Source: Monocercomonoides exilis PA203 (Eukaryota; Protista; Preaxostyla). Taken from it: a stretch of DNA of 64,000 nt. The position numbers and the translations under genes are program-made. The stretch lies in the NCBI GenBank assembly GCA_001643675.2, contig LSRY02000001.1:124001-188000 (forward strand), written 5' to 3'. Below are positions 49,460-61,300 of the stretch, one piece after another (position 1 is the stretch's first letter; every line of letters begins with the position of its first letter). Under the pieces are notes generated by a model, which was not told the origin of the DNA, made no database searches, and was given only the letters and a program-made list of their open reading frames with translations.

Positions 49460-52400
49460 TTAATATAACTCCTTTCGATTTGCTTTGCTTATAAGTTCTC
49501 TTTGCTTTCTAAGTGAGCAACAGACAGATATTTCATAAGTGATACATTCTCTTGTGAGGTGGTGTTGAGCGAAGTGTAGTCGGTTTTCATCCATTTTTGG
49601 ATCGCTCTGAGAGATGGAAGAAGCTGGATGCGATTCTTAGGGAAAAGAAGTTCCATTAATAATAAGAAAATGATAAGAAAAAAAATATGTTAAAAAATAT
49701 TCACATATATAAAAACAAAGAAATATAAACCAAATTAGAATTCATAAAAAAGAAGAAGAAAACATCAAAATTAATATTGCTATTTCAATTATTTAATTAA
49801 TGAAAAAATCCTGCTCATGAACCCTTCAAGCAAACCTTTGTAATATAAACTGAATGAACAGACAGCAACGTCACAACCCAAAGAAGGCACAGCTGGAGAT
49901 GCGGAGAGCTGTCACCGTATCGTCCAAAGAACGACAGAAGTCTCGAAACCAGATTTCCTCTAGAAAACGATGATGAAGGCAGAGATGACACAACTTGATG
50001 TATTTCTGTTGGCGGGATCGATTCTACAACACGCACCACAATCTCAAACTCGCCCAATCTCAACGCTGTTCTGAGCGCCTTTGCCCACTCTTCCTTCTCC
50101 AATGCAGCAGCAATTGCATCTTCAGTCACATCCTCATCGAATTCAAACGGATCAAACGCTAACGCCGCAGCATTCGAATCAAACACCACAGCACCTCTTC
50201 CTGTTGCCACAACAAACGCTGTCCCCGTTGGCGCAAATGCCACACAACGCGAGCCAAACTGCTTTGCTGACGATGCCATCCAGCTGGGCCGAGGGTCGCC
50301 CTCTGCTCCATCATCTCCCATTGCATTCCCTCTCTCTTCAGCTTCATCATCTGAATCAGCTAAGTCGATGTCCACTTCACCTTGATATTCCTGGTTGTCT
50401 GGAATGTCCATCCAGTTCTTGTTGTATTTCATTCCTGTTGTGCGCCACATCTTCTCTCCTTGTGCTGTGATGCCTGGAAACAGCCGGTCAGGCGCCAGAC
50501 GGTAGCGATGCAGCAGCACTGCCCCGTTTTTGCTGCTCACGTCGTAAAGGCAGGCAAACGGATGCAGCCCAACGCACATAATGCACGAGCCATCTGGTGA
50601 GAAGTGGATGTCAGTGAAGCCATTTGCTGTCAGATCCTGCTTCTCCTTCCGCATTCCCCCCGACCCAACACAGTCAAACGAGATGTCAGTTGCAAACAGC
50701 TGCTTCCCGAACTCGACGTCCCACATCGACAGCATTCCGCGTCTGGTGAGTGTTGCAACTGTCTTCGAGTCTGGGCAGAACTGCACATTCAGCACTTCGC
50801 TTGCATGATCCAGTACTTTCGGCTCGCTTCCTGTACCTTTCTTCTCAAAGATGTCCCACAGGCGCACCGTCCCGTCCCACGAGCCAGACGCCAAAAGTGT
50901 TCCTTCCTCAGAAAAGGCCACACACGAAACAGGTCCGCTGTGTCCCGACAAGAAGTCCAGAAGCTGCCCAGTCTGCGAAGACCACACAGCCACACCATCG
51001 CCTGCCACTGTCGAAGATGTGCCAGCCATCTCGGACGATGTCGAGGAGAAAGTTGACCCTCCGCTCATGTCGATGCAGCCTGCTGCGATGAGAGTTCCGC
51101 TCGAGTCAGCACACACCGAAGACAGCGAGCAGCTGCTGACTGCCACGCCGGCTGTGGCTCCTGCTCCCAGTGATTTCACAGATGGAGGTACCAGCACTCG
51201 AAACGTTCGGAACCGCTTCAGATCGAACAAGCGTACAGAACCGTCTTTGGACGAGGCAGCCAGCGCGTGACGGGGCAAGAAGTTTAGTCCAGTGATCTCT
51301 GCGCTGTGCTCAGCGAATGTGGCAATGCAGAAGCCAGACTCGCGCGACCAGATTTTCACTTTTCCGTCGCTTGCACCAGTTGCGATGAGGGTGGAATCAG
51401 GAGAGAATGCACAGCAGCTCACACCATCGAAGGAGGCTGTCAAAATGCCAGTTGCAATTTCAGAGCCATCTGCACGAGAAAGCGAGGTTGCATTGGAAGA
51501 AGCATCGTCTCCTCCAGCCGCTGTGCCTGAATTTCCTCCAGAAGATGAAGAAGAATTGTTGCTGACAACTCCGAACGTCTTCCCGCCAGCAACCATCACA
51601 CCTCCGTGGCCGACCTGCCTCATCACAACTGTCTCATTCACCCAGTCCCACACAGACAGCAGCCCTTCCTTTGCGCAGCCCACCGCAATCCAGTTTTCGT
51701 TCGCAGAGAAGGCAACAGAAGTGACGCGGGTGTTTGAGAGAGTGAGGGATTGTGTTGTGGCGATGCAGGGTGCAGGAGGGTCAGCAGATGCAGATACAGA
51801 AGAGGCAGAGGAGGATGAAGTGGATGCGTAGAAATCAGCAAGCGAGAACGAGTTTGGATCTGAAGAAGATGACGATGACGAGGAAGATGCAGCCAGTGCA
51901 GCTGTTTCCTTTGCTGGGTGCATAATCCGAATGACGCCTGAAGAAAGCCCCACGATAAGGATGTTCGACATCGAAGCAGAAAGCGAAGAGAGAGACGAAA
52001 TGTGCTGCTTCTGTGCTGCAAGGAAGTCGGCAGAGACAGCCGCTGCGCTGAACAGGAGCGACGGCGAGGGAACTGCAAAGTACGCGACGGAGGACACTTT
52101 TGCATGGCCCAATGAAAGATACTCCTTTCTGATGAAGCTCCAGCGTGAGCGGGCGAATGCTGTTTCCCATTCGTGTTTAGCGTTCAGCGCGTCCTTCTGA
52201 GCGGATGTCAAAAGGAGATGCGACTCTTCCCCAGGGAGAAGAACAGCAGACGCATCAGACGTGCTGTTGGTTGATGAAGAGGAAGAAGAAGAGGAAGGAC
52301 TGGATGAAGAAGAGGATTTACTTCTGCTTTTCTTTCCTTCTCCGCTTTTGTTGTCTTCAACCTCTCGAATGTCATCTTCTTCCATTTTGGTCTTTCCATG

Positions 52401-53850
52401 CTCCTTTCCGTTTTTCCCTTTCCCCTTTTCCTCTCTTTCCAGTTTCTTCTGCTTCGCATAGTCAGGCATCATGCTCTTTGGAGGAGGGTTCCGCTTCCAA
52501 AAGCAGATGGTGCCATCTCTCGAAAGAGAATACATTTCGCTCGCATCTGAGTTGAAGAAGGCACCCATAATGCGAGTCCTGTGCCCAGAAAACGAAACAG
52601 GCCGGAACGTCAAGCGCTTCTTCTTTCTTTTGCTGTTATTTTTCCGGTCAAATCCCTCGTTTTGAGCTTCGCTTGGCTTTTCGTCCAAAGAAAGATACTC
52701 TGGCAGTTCCTCGTTTTTCTGCTTTTCTTTTTCCATCTTCATTTTCTTTTTGTTTGAATTGAATCCGTCATCGTCATCACTTTCGCTTCCTTCGATTGAC
52801 TCATCTTCGTCGTTGTCCTCTTCTGCAAGCTGATCGCCCAACTCTTCGCTTGACATTTCTTCTTCCTCCTCTTCTTCCTCATCTGAAGCAGAACTATCTT
52901 CTTCTTCATCTTCTTCATTCCCCTTCTCTCCTGTTGGCGCTTTTGTTGTTATACCAATGCGGCTATACATCAAAGGAATGCTAATGTTTCTTATAGAAAA
53001 AAGACGAACGGTTGCATCTTCACTTCCAACAAGAACAAAACTGTTAGAAGAGCATAATTACGATAAATTGTCAATTATAAAAGAGGGTGAAAAATCTCAA
53101 AAATATATAACAATGAAAATTTTGTTCAAACGAAGACGTTGGATCCCATTCAACTGATGTAACCAATCCTTGTATTCCTCGAAGAGTTTTCATCAAAATT
53201 AAAGGAGCAAGTTGAAACTCAGCAGTGTTGGGAGTTTTCCATATGAAAACTTTTGCTCCACTACTGGTTGCTAAATACCTAGGCAAACAAATGCAAATCC
53301 AAAAGAATAAAAAAAATGCAAAAATACTTGCTATCAGGCGAGAAACGAAGGAAAAATGCAGGTGCGTGAAGATTGACGTTTCCAATAACTGAACGAGACA
53401 AAAAATGATATAAAACAGTTCTCCCATCAATATCTGAAACAGCAAGCAAAGAGTCATTTGGGGACAATGCCACAGAAATAATATTTTTCCTTGTTTCAAA
53501 TGGCAACGTCTCCACAATATTTCTATTAAAAAATGTTTGATTATCAAATGAATTGAATGAATTATAATGCTTAACAAAATTAATTACAGTCCATCAACCT
53601 CTTTAAATTATAAATCAATATTCGATTCCCAACTGGTGATAAAAGTTGTGATCCATTTTGTGTAAAAAGCAAGTTTCCTTTCCTATATATTCCACCAAGA
53701 AGATGTGAAAACTTTAAAATAATTTACAATCGAAATATGTTGTACTTTGATCGCTTTAAAACCTAAGCAAAAAAAGCAAACTATAAATTCTTTCTGCATT
53801 GAAAACTGTCTATGGTTAGATCAAACACATAAACTTGATATTGTGTGAAA
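49460..53850 (-). CDS. PWP2: Periodic tryptophan protein 2 (Utp1), WD40 SSU-processome subunit, multi-exon; exact start uncertain
   Basis: N-terminal FSHLLGGIYRKGNLLFT...LSPVGNRI, TLPFETRKNI, IATGASDGKVKIW..SGFCIATFAEH, LFDLKRFRTFR and FDPFEFDEDVT. Last exon NRIQLLPSLRAIQK ends at TAA 49460. Confidence 0.95.
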
Positions 53851-53982
53851 CTATGAATAATCCACAAATATGAGAAAAATATCATTTGATTTTCTCTTTT
53901 CTTTAATAACCATAAGTTTTTGCTTCAACCTAGTTTTTTTTTATTCTTTGAATAATTGTCACTGTTTCAGATAATATATATT

Positions 53983-55450
53983 ATGATAAATGAATCACTG
54001 GAAAAGGAATTGAATTGTATGCTTTTAAAGTATCTGTGAAATATGGAACTTTCATTTCATGTTGCAATTTTTCGTAATTATTTTTTTTAAAATTTATCCA
54101 GCAAAAGAGTCAAAAACTGTTTTTAAAAAGCCTGGCAAAATAAAAAAGTTTCGAAGTGTAAATTCTGTAAATATGACAGATAATGATTCCATTGATGAAA
54201 GCTCGGATATTATGTTTGTTCAAATAGTATTTATTCTCTGCAACTGTTCAAATAGGGATAAGATTCAACAAATTAAAATGGAACAAAAAATGAAGGAATA
54301 TATATCTGGGTTGGATGCAGAAACACTCAGCATTATTACATCTGAGAAAAAGGGAAAAGAGCAAAAGCAATCCTCAGAAGGAACTTTTGCACAAGAATCT
54401 ACTGTTTTTGGACAAGATGCTCGAAAGTTTGATATAGCATTTTCAATTTTTATTTTTAGGATTACACAAATAGGCAACTTTACATTGAAGAGAAATTGAA
54501 AGAAAAATCTTTCATTGAAAAAACTCCAAGCAAAAAGCCTGATGAAATGGCAAAAAGCAGCACTGAAAATCAATCTAAACGTTTAACAGAAGAAGATTTA
54601 TTCAAAGTTCCTGAATCTTTGAAAGCAGTTTGCTTTTTATTCATAGGTTATTGATTTCATTGCTCCAATTAATACCCAAAAATAGAAGCAAAAACCACCA
54701 AAAGAGGTTGCAAGCAATTGGGATGTTGGAATAAGCGAAGTGGAACTTCCTATAAAGTTAGCTTCTTCTTCTTACTTTAACTAATTTGCTTTTCTTTCTG
54801 TTTTATTTAATATATCTTAAAATTATATTTTCATTCATTAATATTTGAATATAAATCGAACTTTTCCGTTTTAAGGTTTAAGAAAAAGAATATGCAGGCC
54901 ACTGAAACTGCGTACAAGCGACTTGTTGAGAAAGAAGCGTCTCAACCTGCTCCAGTACCGATGTCGTGTGTACAAATTTATTTATATTTTTGATTTTTAA
55001 AATTATGTTGAACTTTGTTTTGAACTCTATTGAAATTGATTTTTATTAATTGGAAAACAAAGACATTATAAATCAACAATGACCGGTCTTGCCCTTCCGA
55101 TTGATGATGATGCATCGGTTAAGCGTATGATTCAAGAAACTGTAAAACGGAAGTCTCAATCTTTTGAAGAAACAGCTCAGAAAAGGATTCATAGCCAGAA
55201 TGATGAAGAAATTCATAGCATCGAAGGGGAAATTTCTTCCGGAGAAAAAAAGGTGAAGTTATCAACCTCTCAAAGTATTGATGAAAAGATAGTATCTTTG
55301 ACTGATGAATCAGTGATTCCACTTCACCAACTGATTGAAAAGGAATTGAGCAGCATCAACAAGCAACTGAAAGGGCAAAAAGTCCACACAAACCAAACAG
55401 CTACTGATGATTTAGTAATGAATCGTTTCAAAGCTAGGATGAGGAGATAG
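53983..55450 (+). CDS. Splicing factor C9orf78/Tls1 (Hep_59 family), multi-exon; start uncertain
   Basis: Spliced motifs EEDLFKVPESLK, GISEVELPI..K.KN...TE and terminal ATDDLVMNRFKARMRR. Confidence 0.85.
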
Positions 55451-55629
55451 CCTCTTCATATTTTAAAATGTATTTGTTATTTTCTTTTCATATTCTATTC
55501 TTGCTTTTTATTTCAATAAAAAAAATATAAAGAATAAACGATAAATTTTTATTCATTGTTGCATTGAACGTGTCTTTGTGAAAAAATGAAAGCTATGCAT
55601 ATTATCTTTGCCAAATTCAGCATCGTTTC

Positions 55630-55631
<2 letters not shown>

Positions 55632-55683
<52 letters not shown>
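55632..55683 (-). repeat. T52 homopolymer (A52 on the minus strand)
   Basis: Directly visible. Confidence 0.97.
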
Positions 55684-55684
<1 letters not shown>

Positions 55685-55759
55685 TATTGTGCAGCAAAAA
55701 CTGGAATTTTTATTCCTTTTCTTTTCCGATTTGAAATTACAGACAGATCACAAAGAGGA

Positions 55760-57115
55760 CAGTCAAAATCGGATATTATCACTTAAGTTTTTGCACAACT
55801 TTTTGTGACTATATCCAATTGTGATTATATGTAATGCAACTTTACACAGAAAAAAAATAAAATTAATTAATTATTTTGTTTTGTTTCAATATTTTCTTTT
55901 TTGAAAATCCTTATCGAAACCATATTTTTGAACTTGAGAAAACAATTTTTATCATTTATACACTTTATGAAGATTTATTTAAACAGTATAATGAAAAATC
56001 AAAAAATTGAAATTTTTATTAAAAATCGATTTTTCAATAAAAAATGCATCTATAATGATTAAAAATGTGATTATATATATTTGGCCCTGCGATTTTTTTC
56101 GTTGAAAAATGAAATGAAAAAGAAAAAAATGTTTTAGCATACAAAAATGTGATTATTACTAATGTTGATTTTATTCGATGGGATTATATCAGGTTTAAAC
56201 CGTATATGCGTCATTCTCAATAATAATGGATTATTGAATAATTTTTTCAGACAAACGTTTGATGTGTAAATTTGGACAGAAATAAGATGAGGACAAAAAG
56301 AATCTCTCACAGTTTGTCCAATATTTTTTTGAAAAGTTTGTATTGTTTATTTTTCAAGTGATAATGGAAATTGAATATTTTCATAAAATTTTCATTCATT
56401 TTCACAAAACGATTCAAAAGTGTTAGAAATAACAATTGCAATCATTTACTCCCTTTTTGATTAGATATGGTGAAAATGAATGAAAATTTTATGAAAATAT
56501 TCAATTTCCATTATCACTTGAAAAATAAACAATACAAACTTTTCAAAAAAATATTGGACAAACTGTGAGAGATTCTTTTTGTCCTCATCTTATTTCTGTC
56601 CAAATTTACACATCAAACGTTTGTCTGAAAAAATTATTCAATAATCCATTATTATTGAGAATGACGCATATACGGTTTAAACCTGATATAATCCCATCGA
56701 ATAAAATCAACATTAGTAATAATCACATTTTTGTATGCTAAAACATTTTTTTCTTTTTCATTTCATTTTTCAACGAAAAAAATCGCAGGGCCAAATATAT
56801 ATAATCACATTTTTAATCATTATAGATGCATTTTTTATTGAAAAATCGATTTTTAATAAAAATTTCAATTTTTTGATTTTTCATTATACTGTTTAAATAA
56901 ATCTTCATAAAGTGTATAAATGATAAAAATTGTTTTCTCAAGTTCAAAAATATGGTTTCGATAAGGATTTTCAAAAAAGAAAATATTGAAACAAAACAAA
57001 ATAATTAATTAATTTTATTTTTTTTCTGTGTAAAGTTGCATTACATATAATCACAATTGGATATAGTCACAAAAAGTTGTGCAAAAACTTAAGTGATAAT
57101 ATCCGATTTTGACTG
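55760..57115. mobile_element. Foldback/palindromic non-coding element: 646-bp inverted arms (55760-56405, 56470-57115), 64-bp spacer, CAGT...ACTG ends
   Basis: The arms are reverse complements with a constant coordinate sum of 112875. A diverged family copy at 28162 starts at the same CAGT terminus. Confidence 0.85.
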
Positions 57116-58313
57116 AATTAAAGTCTTGTCAAAAGAAAAATTATTGACGAACATAATCAATTTTAAAAAATTTCAATTCATTATCAAACACATAAGAAAT
57201 TTTAGTTGCATTTTATCCAATTTTGTTTTTGCACTGTATCAACATATTTTTTTACAAGAAAATTTTATGAAATTGAGTTATCCAAAAAAGTCATTTCTTT
57301 TTATCTTCGTTTATGAAGAAATTAGTGTTGAATATAAGGGGAAAAATACAGACGTTCAAGTATTTTTTGCACAAAAGACAAAATAATTGCTTCACTTATA
57401 ACTTTTCAAAACTCTCTCAGATTTCAAAATAAATTGGATTTTCATAAACGCAAACAAACATTATTGATATAACAACATTCTGATTTGTGACATCCAAAAG
57501 AATTTCCAAAAATGAACACATTATATGTGTGATTATTATTGAAATCATATTTCTTCCATCAAAACTTTCGGTTTAAGAATTCACTTTGAGTGCTGATAAA
57601 TGAGCACACAATAGATATAATTCCATTCAAAAAATTTTTTTTCATGTATATTATCTGAAGCATTGTCATTTTAAACAATTGCATTGCGTTTAACTTTTTT
57701 ATGGACAATTCCTTTCAAAAGAAGTTAAACATTTGAAAAATCGACACTCCTGAAAAAGTTATGATTTCAAAAATAATCACCCATATTCAAATTTTTGATC
57801 ACATTCAATTTATCCTCTGGGTATATTTTTTCAGTTAAAAAGCTTGAAGTTTCATTTTTCCCTCATTAACGAAAATAACTTTCCATTTTTTTGGAATAAA
57901 ATTGACAGTTCCAATGTACTTTCATTTTCACCAGAAATATGATTCAGATAGAGAAAGATAAAGTGAGAATTATTACTACGTCAATACCAACTTTTTTGAT
58001 ATTTATTTGATTTTGTGTTTGAAAAGAAAGAGAAAGATAATAATGAAGCTGGATGAAATCAAACATTTTTCATGAAAATAAAATAATTGAGATTCACAAC
58101 CATCACAATTACTCAAATCATTAAAATTCGTTATGATGGCAACAATCACACAATTTTTGTTGTTCATCTAAGTTAACGAACAGCAATTAACAAAAGTGAA
58201 CAAGCACATAAAATTTGTTAAGACATTATCTCGAAGACCCATTCAAAGAAAAACAAAACTCATAATTTGGACTTTCTGACTAATCAAATTCAAAAAAAAA
58301 ATTATGTGTTACC

Positions 58314-61300
58314 ATGCAGAAAGCATCCATGAAGTGCCATTTGACTTTCTTGTTTTTGTGCTTCATTGCATGCGAATCAAATGGCGCTGCCAATTGCTCG
58401 GAACATTCACCATGCAAAGCTCACTTGCCTTTCAATAACAAGTCCATTGGCACATCCAACAACAATCAGCAACGTCTTTTCAATGGTTTGTTGAGTGCCC
58501 CAAAACAAACTCAGCTGCTCAGCCGGCACTGTGCAACAATGGCCAACACCTCTTTCCTGCTGTCTGACACATCCCTTGCATGCTGTGCACCACACGCCTG
58601 CCTTGCCATCACCAGCAGCAGCAATGCCACATTCACATCTTGCGCTCTCACATACACCGCCAAATCAACCCACCATGTCGCCCAGCTGCAAAGTGCATCC
58701 CTGTGGCTGTTCAACATCTCGCTAGCAGTCTCTAACCCAGCTGCCCCTGTTTCATCCATTGCCAGCGGTGCCGACCATCCTGCCAGTTCAGCAAACTGCA
58801 GAGTCTCAATATGCTCATCCCTCTTCGACTCCTGCTGCGTCTGTGCTGGCTCCCCGTTTGTCGCCACATCTGGCATATCCGATGTTGAGCTGCTGCATTC
58901 ATCCTTCACAAACATCACCCGCACCACAAACATGAATGAGCCACTCAATATCCCCACCCGCGAAATCAGAACAGTGATGTCTGGATGCACCGTGAAATGT
59001 GTCGATTCCCCATACAACGGAGGCTTGTTCCATGCGCTGAACTCCCAATCTTTCACTCACTCATCAGCAAACACTTCCTTTGAGAACTGCCACAGACACC
59101 ACAATGCCCAGCCAGTGATTGGAGATCATTCAACGATAAGACAGAACATTTCAGATGGTGATGCAACGTTCGTTGATTGTGAATTCAATTCATTGGCAGG
59201 TGATTATGGTGGAGCAATTCGCTTCACTTCTTCGGGATTACTGAGTATCTCACATTGTGTGTTTAACAACTGTAATTCCTCATTTCGTGGAGGTGCTATT
59301 TCTTTATCTGAAAATGGAAAAAGTATTGTAACTTTAAATTCGTCTTTCAATAGCTGCAATGCCAATCATTCCGGAGGTGCTTTTGATATTCGTCATCCAA
59401 TTTCAATTGTGATTGAACATTGTTATATCTCTTTTTGCACAGCGAATCATGTCGGAAGCGGAATAATAATATATCAATATGATGATCAATGTATAATTAA
59501 CCTGTGTAATTTTTTGAATTGCCAAAAGAAAACACAAACATTTGATGGAGGTTGCTTGGGGATATATGACAATGGAAGAGTTAACATGACTGATTGTTGT
59601 TTCAGAAACTGTTCCAGCGACAATCATGGAGGAGGTATTTGCTGGGATGATTCAAGCAACGCATATGTTTCCAAAGTGAGCTTCTGCTTCTTTGTTAACA
59701 ATTCTGCTGCAGAAATGGGTCACGATGTGTATATCGACAGCGGTTGGACAAACATCAACGAGGAGTGCTTTGTGCTCTGCCGCTCCGCAACAGCCGGCTC
59801 CACAAACAGGGTTGTGAAGGGGAAGCAAGAATGCAGCTCCTGGATTCCAAACACTTTCTTCGATCCCATCCTCGTCAACAGTGCCAGTGGCATCGACCAC
59901 CAAGCATGCGGATCGGCTGATGCAGGAGACATCCAAGGCAGAAGATGCAGAACCGTGGGATATGCAGTGGGCGTGGCCAACCCGCTGCTCCAAACAAAGG
60001 CTGTTGCAGTCGAGGAGTGGGTGTGCCACGAGACAAGGATCGATGTGTGCACACTCACCATATCCTTCAGCGGCGCTGGCGCTGACAAAACAGTGCTGAG
60101 TGCTGATGCCACAGACAACACAGCCCTCGTGCAAATCACAACTGGCAGCGCCACTTTCAGCTCCCTCGCATTCCGCAGGAATGCAAGCGCCTCGCTGCAC
60201 TCCCACCTGTTCCACCTGACAGGCATGCAGGGATTCCTCGAAGTCGCCCACTGCACAATCACTGCAACAGAAACACTGCCCGATGCACCATTCGCTGCAT
60301 CCGTCATAACTGTGGCTGCAGGGCATGTGCTGTTCGATTCGGCGGAAATAGGCCCCATGTGCTTTTCATCTGTAGCTGCCCTGGCTGTGAATGCCGAGGC
60401 TGCACTGAGTGTCACACTCACTTCCACAAACCTGACAGCCATCACCCGGCAAAGCGGAAGCGGAAGCGGCCTCGAATGCTCCCTCATCGCTGGATCGCAA
60501 GTGTGCATCACTGGTGGATCCTTCTCCAGCTGCACCGCCTGCCAGGATGGCTCGTGTGGCGGAGGGGTGTGCGCGCACCTGACAGGCGAGGATGCTGAGA
60601 TGGTTGTGAACGGCTCGGCTGCTTTCGCTGGTTGCTGTGTGCCTGATACAGAGGGAACGGGAGGAACGGGAGGAAAGGGTGGAAAGGGTGGAAAGGGCGG
60701 AGGGATGATGGTGCATATCGACAACGCCAAAGCACTCCTCCAGATAAGCAGCGGCGTGTGCTTCTCCGATTCCACGCCAAACAGAGCAGCTGTTGGCAGA
60801 GACCTCTTTCTCAGGTGCGCAAGCAGAGTGATGCTGAGTGAAATCGTGAACACAACCACACTTCAGTTTGTCGACCACACCCAGTGCTTTGCCGATCCAT
60901 CCAGACTCAGCGGCTCTGAGGATGGTGCAGACCACCCTGTCATCCCGCTCGAGGTATATCTCTGCCAGCACGACAACAACATCTATGTCGACGGACTCGC
61001 CGGGACAGATCATTTGCACTGCGGCCCATCTGTGTTTGCCTGCGAGACCATCCACTTCGCTGCAACCAACAGAATCACCTCTGCATCCACCACCATTCTT
61101 CTTGCTGCAAACTCCACGCTCGCTTCCGAGATCACGATCGAAACACTCCCCTTCCTGCTCTCCTCTGCAACAGCACATCTTCAGGCTGTGCACGTGCATG
61201 ATGCAGGCCAGTGCTCAAACAAAGCCATTGTCACTGCTTCTGCTGAGATGAGCGCATCCAGCATCTGCTTTTTGCTCCCCACTGCCATGAGCACCGGCCG

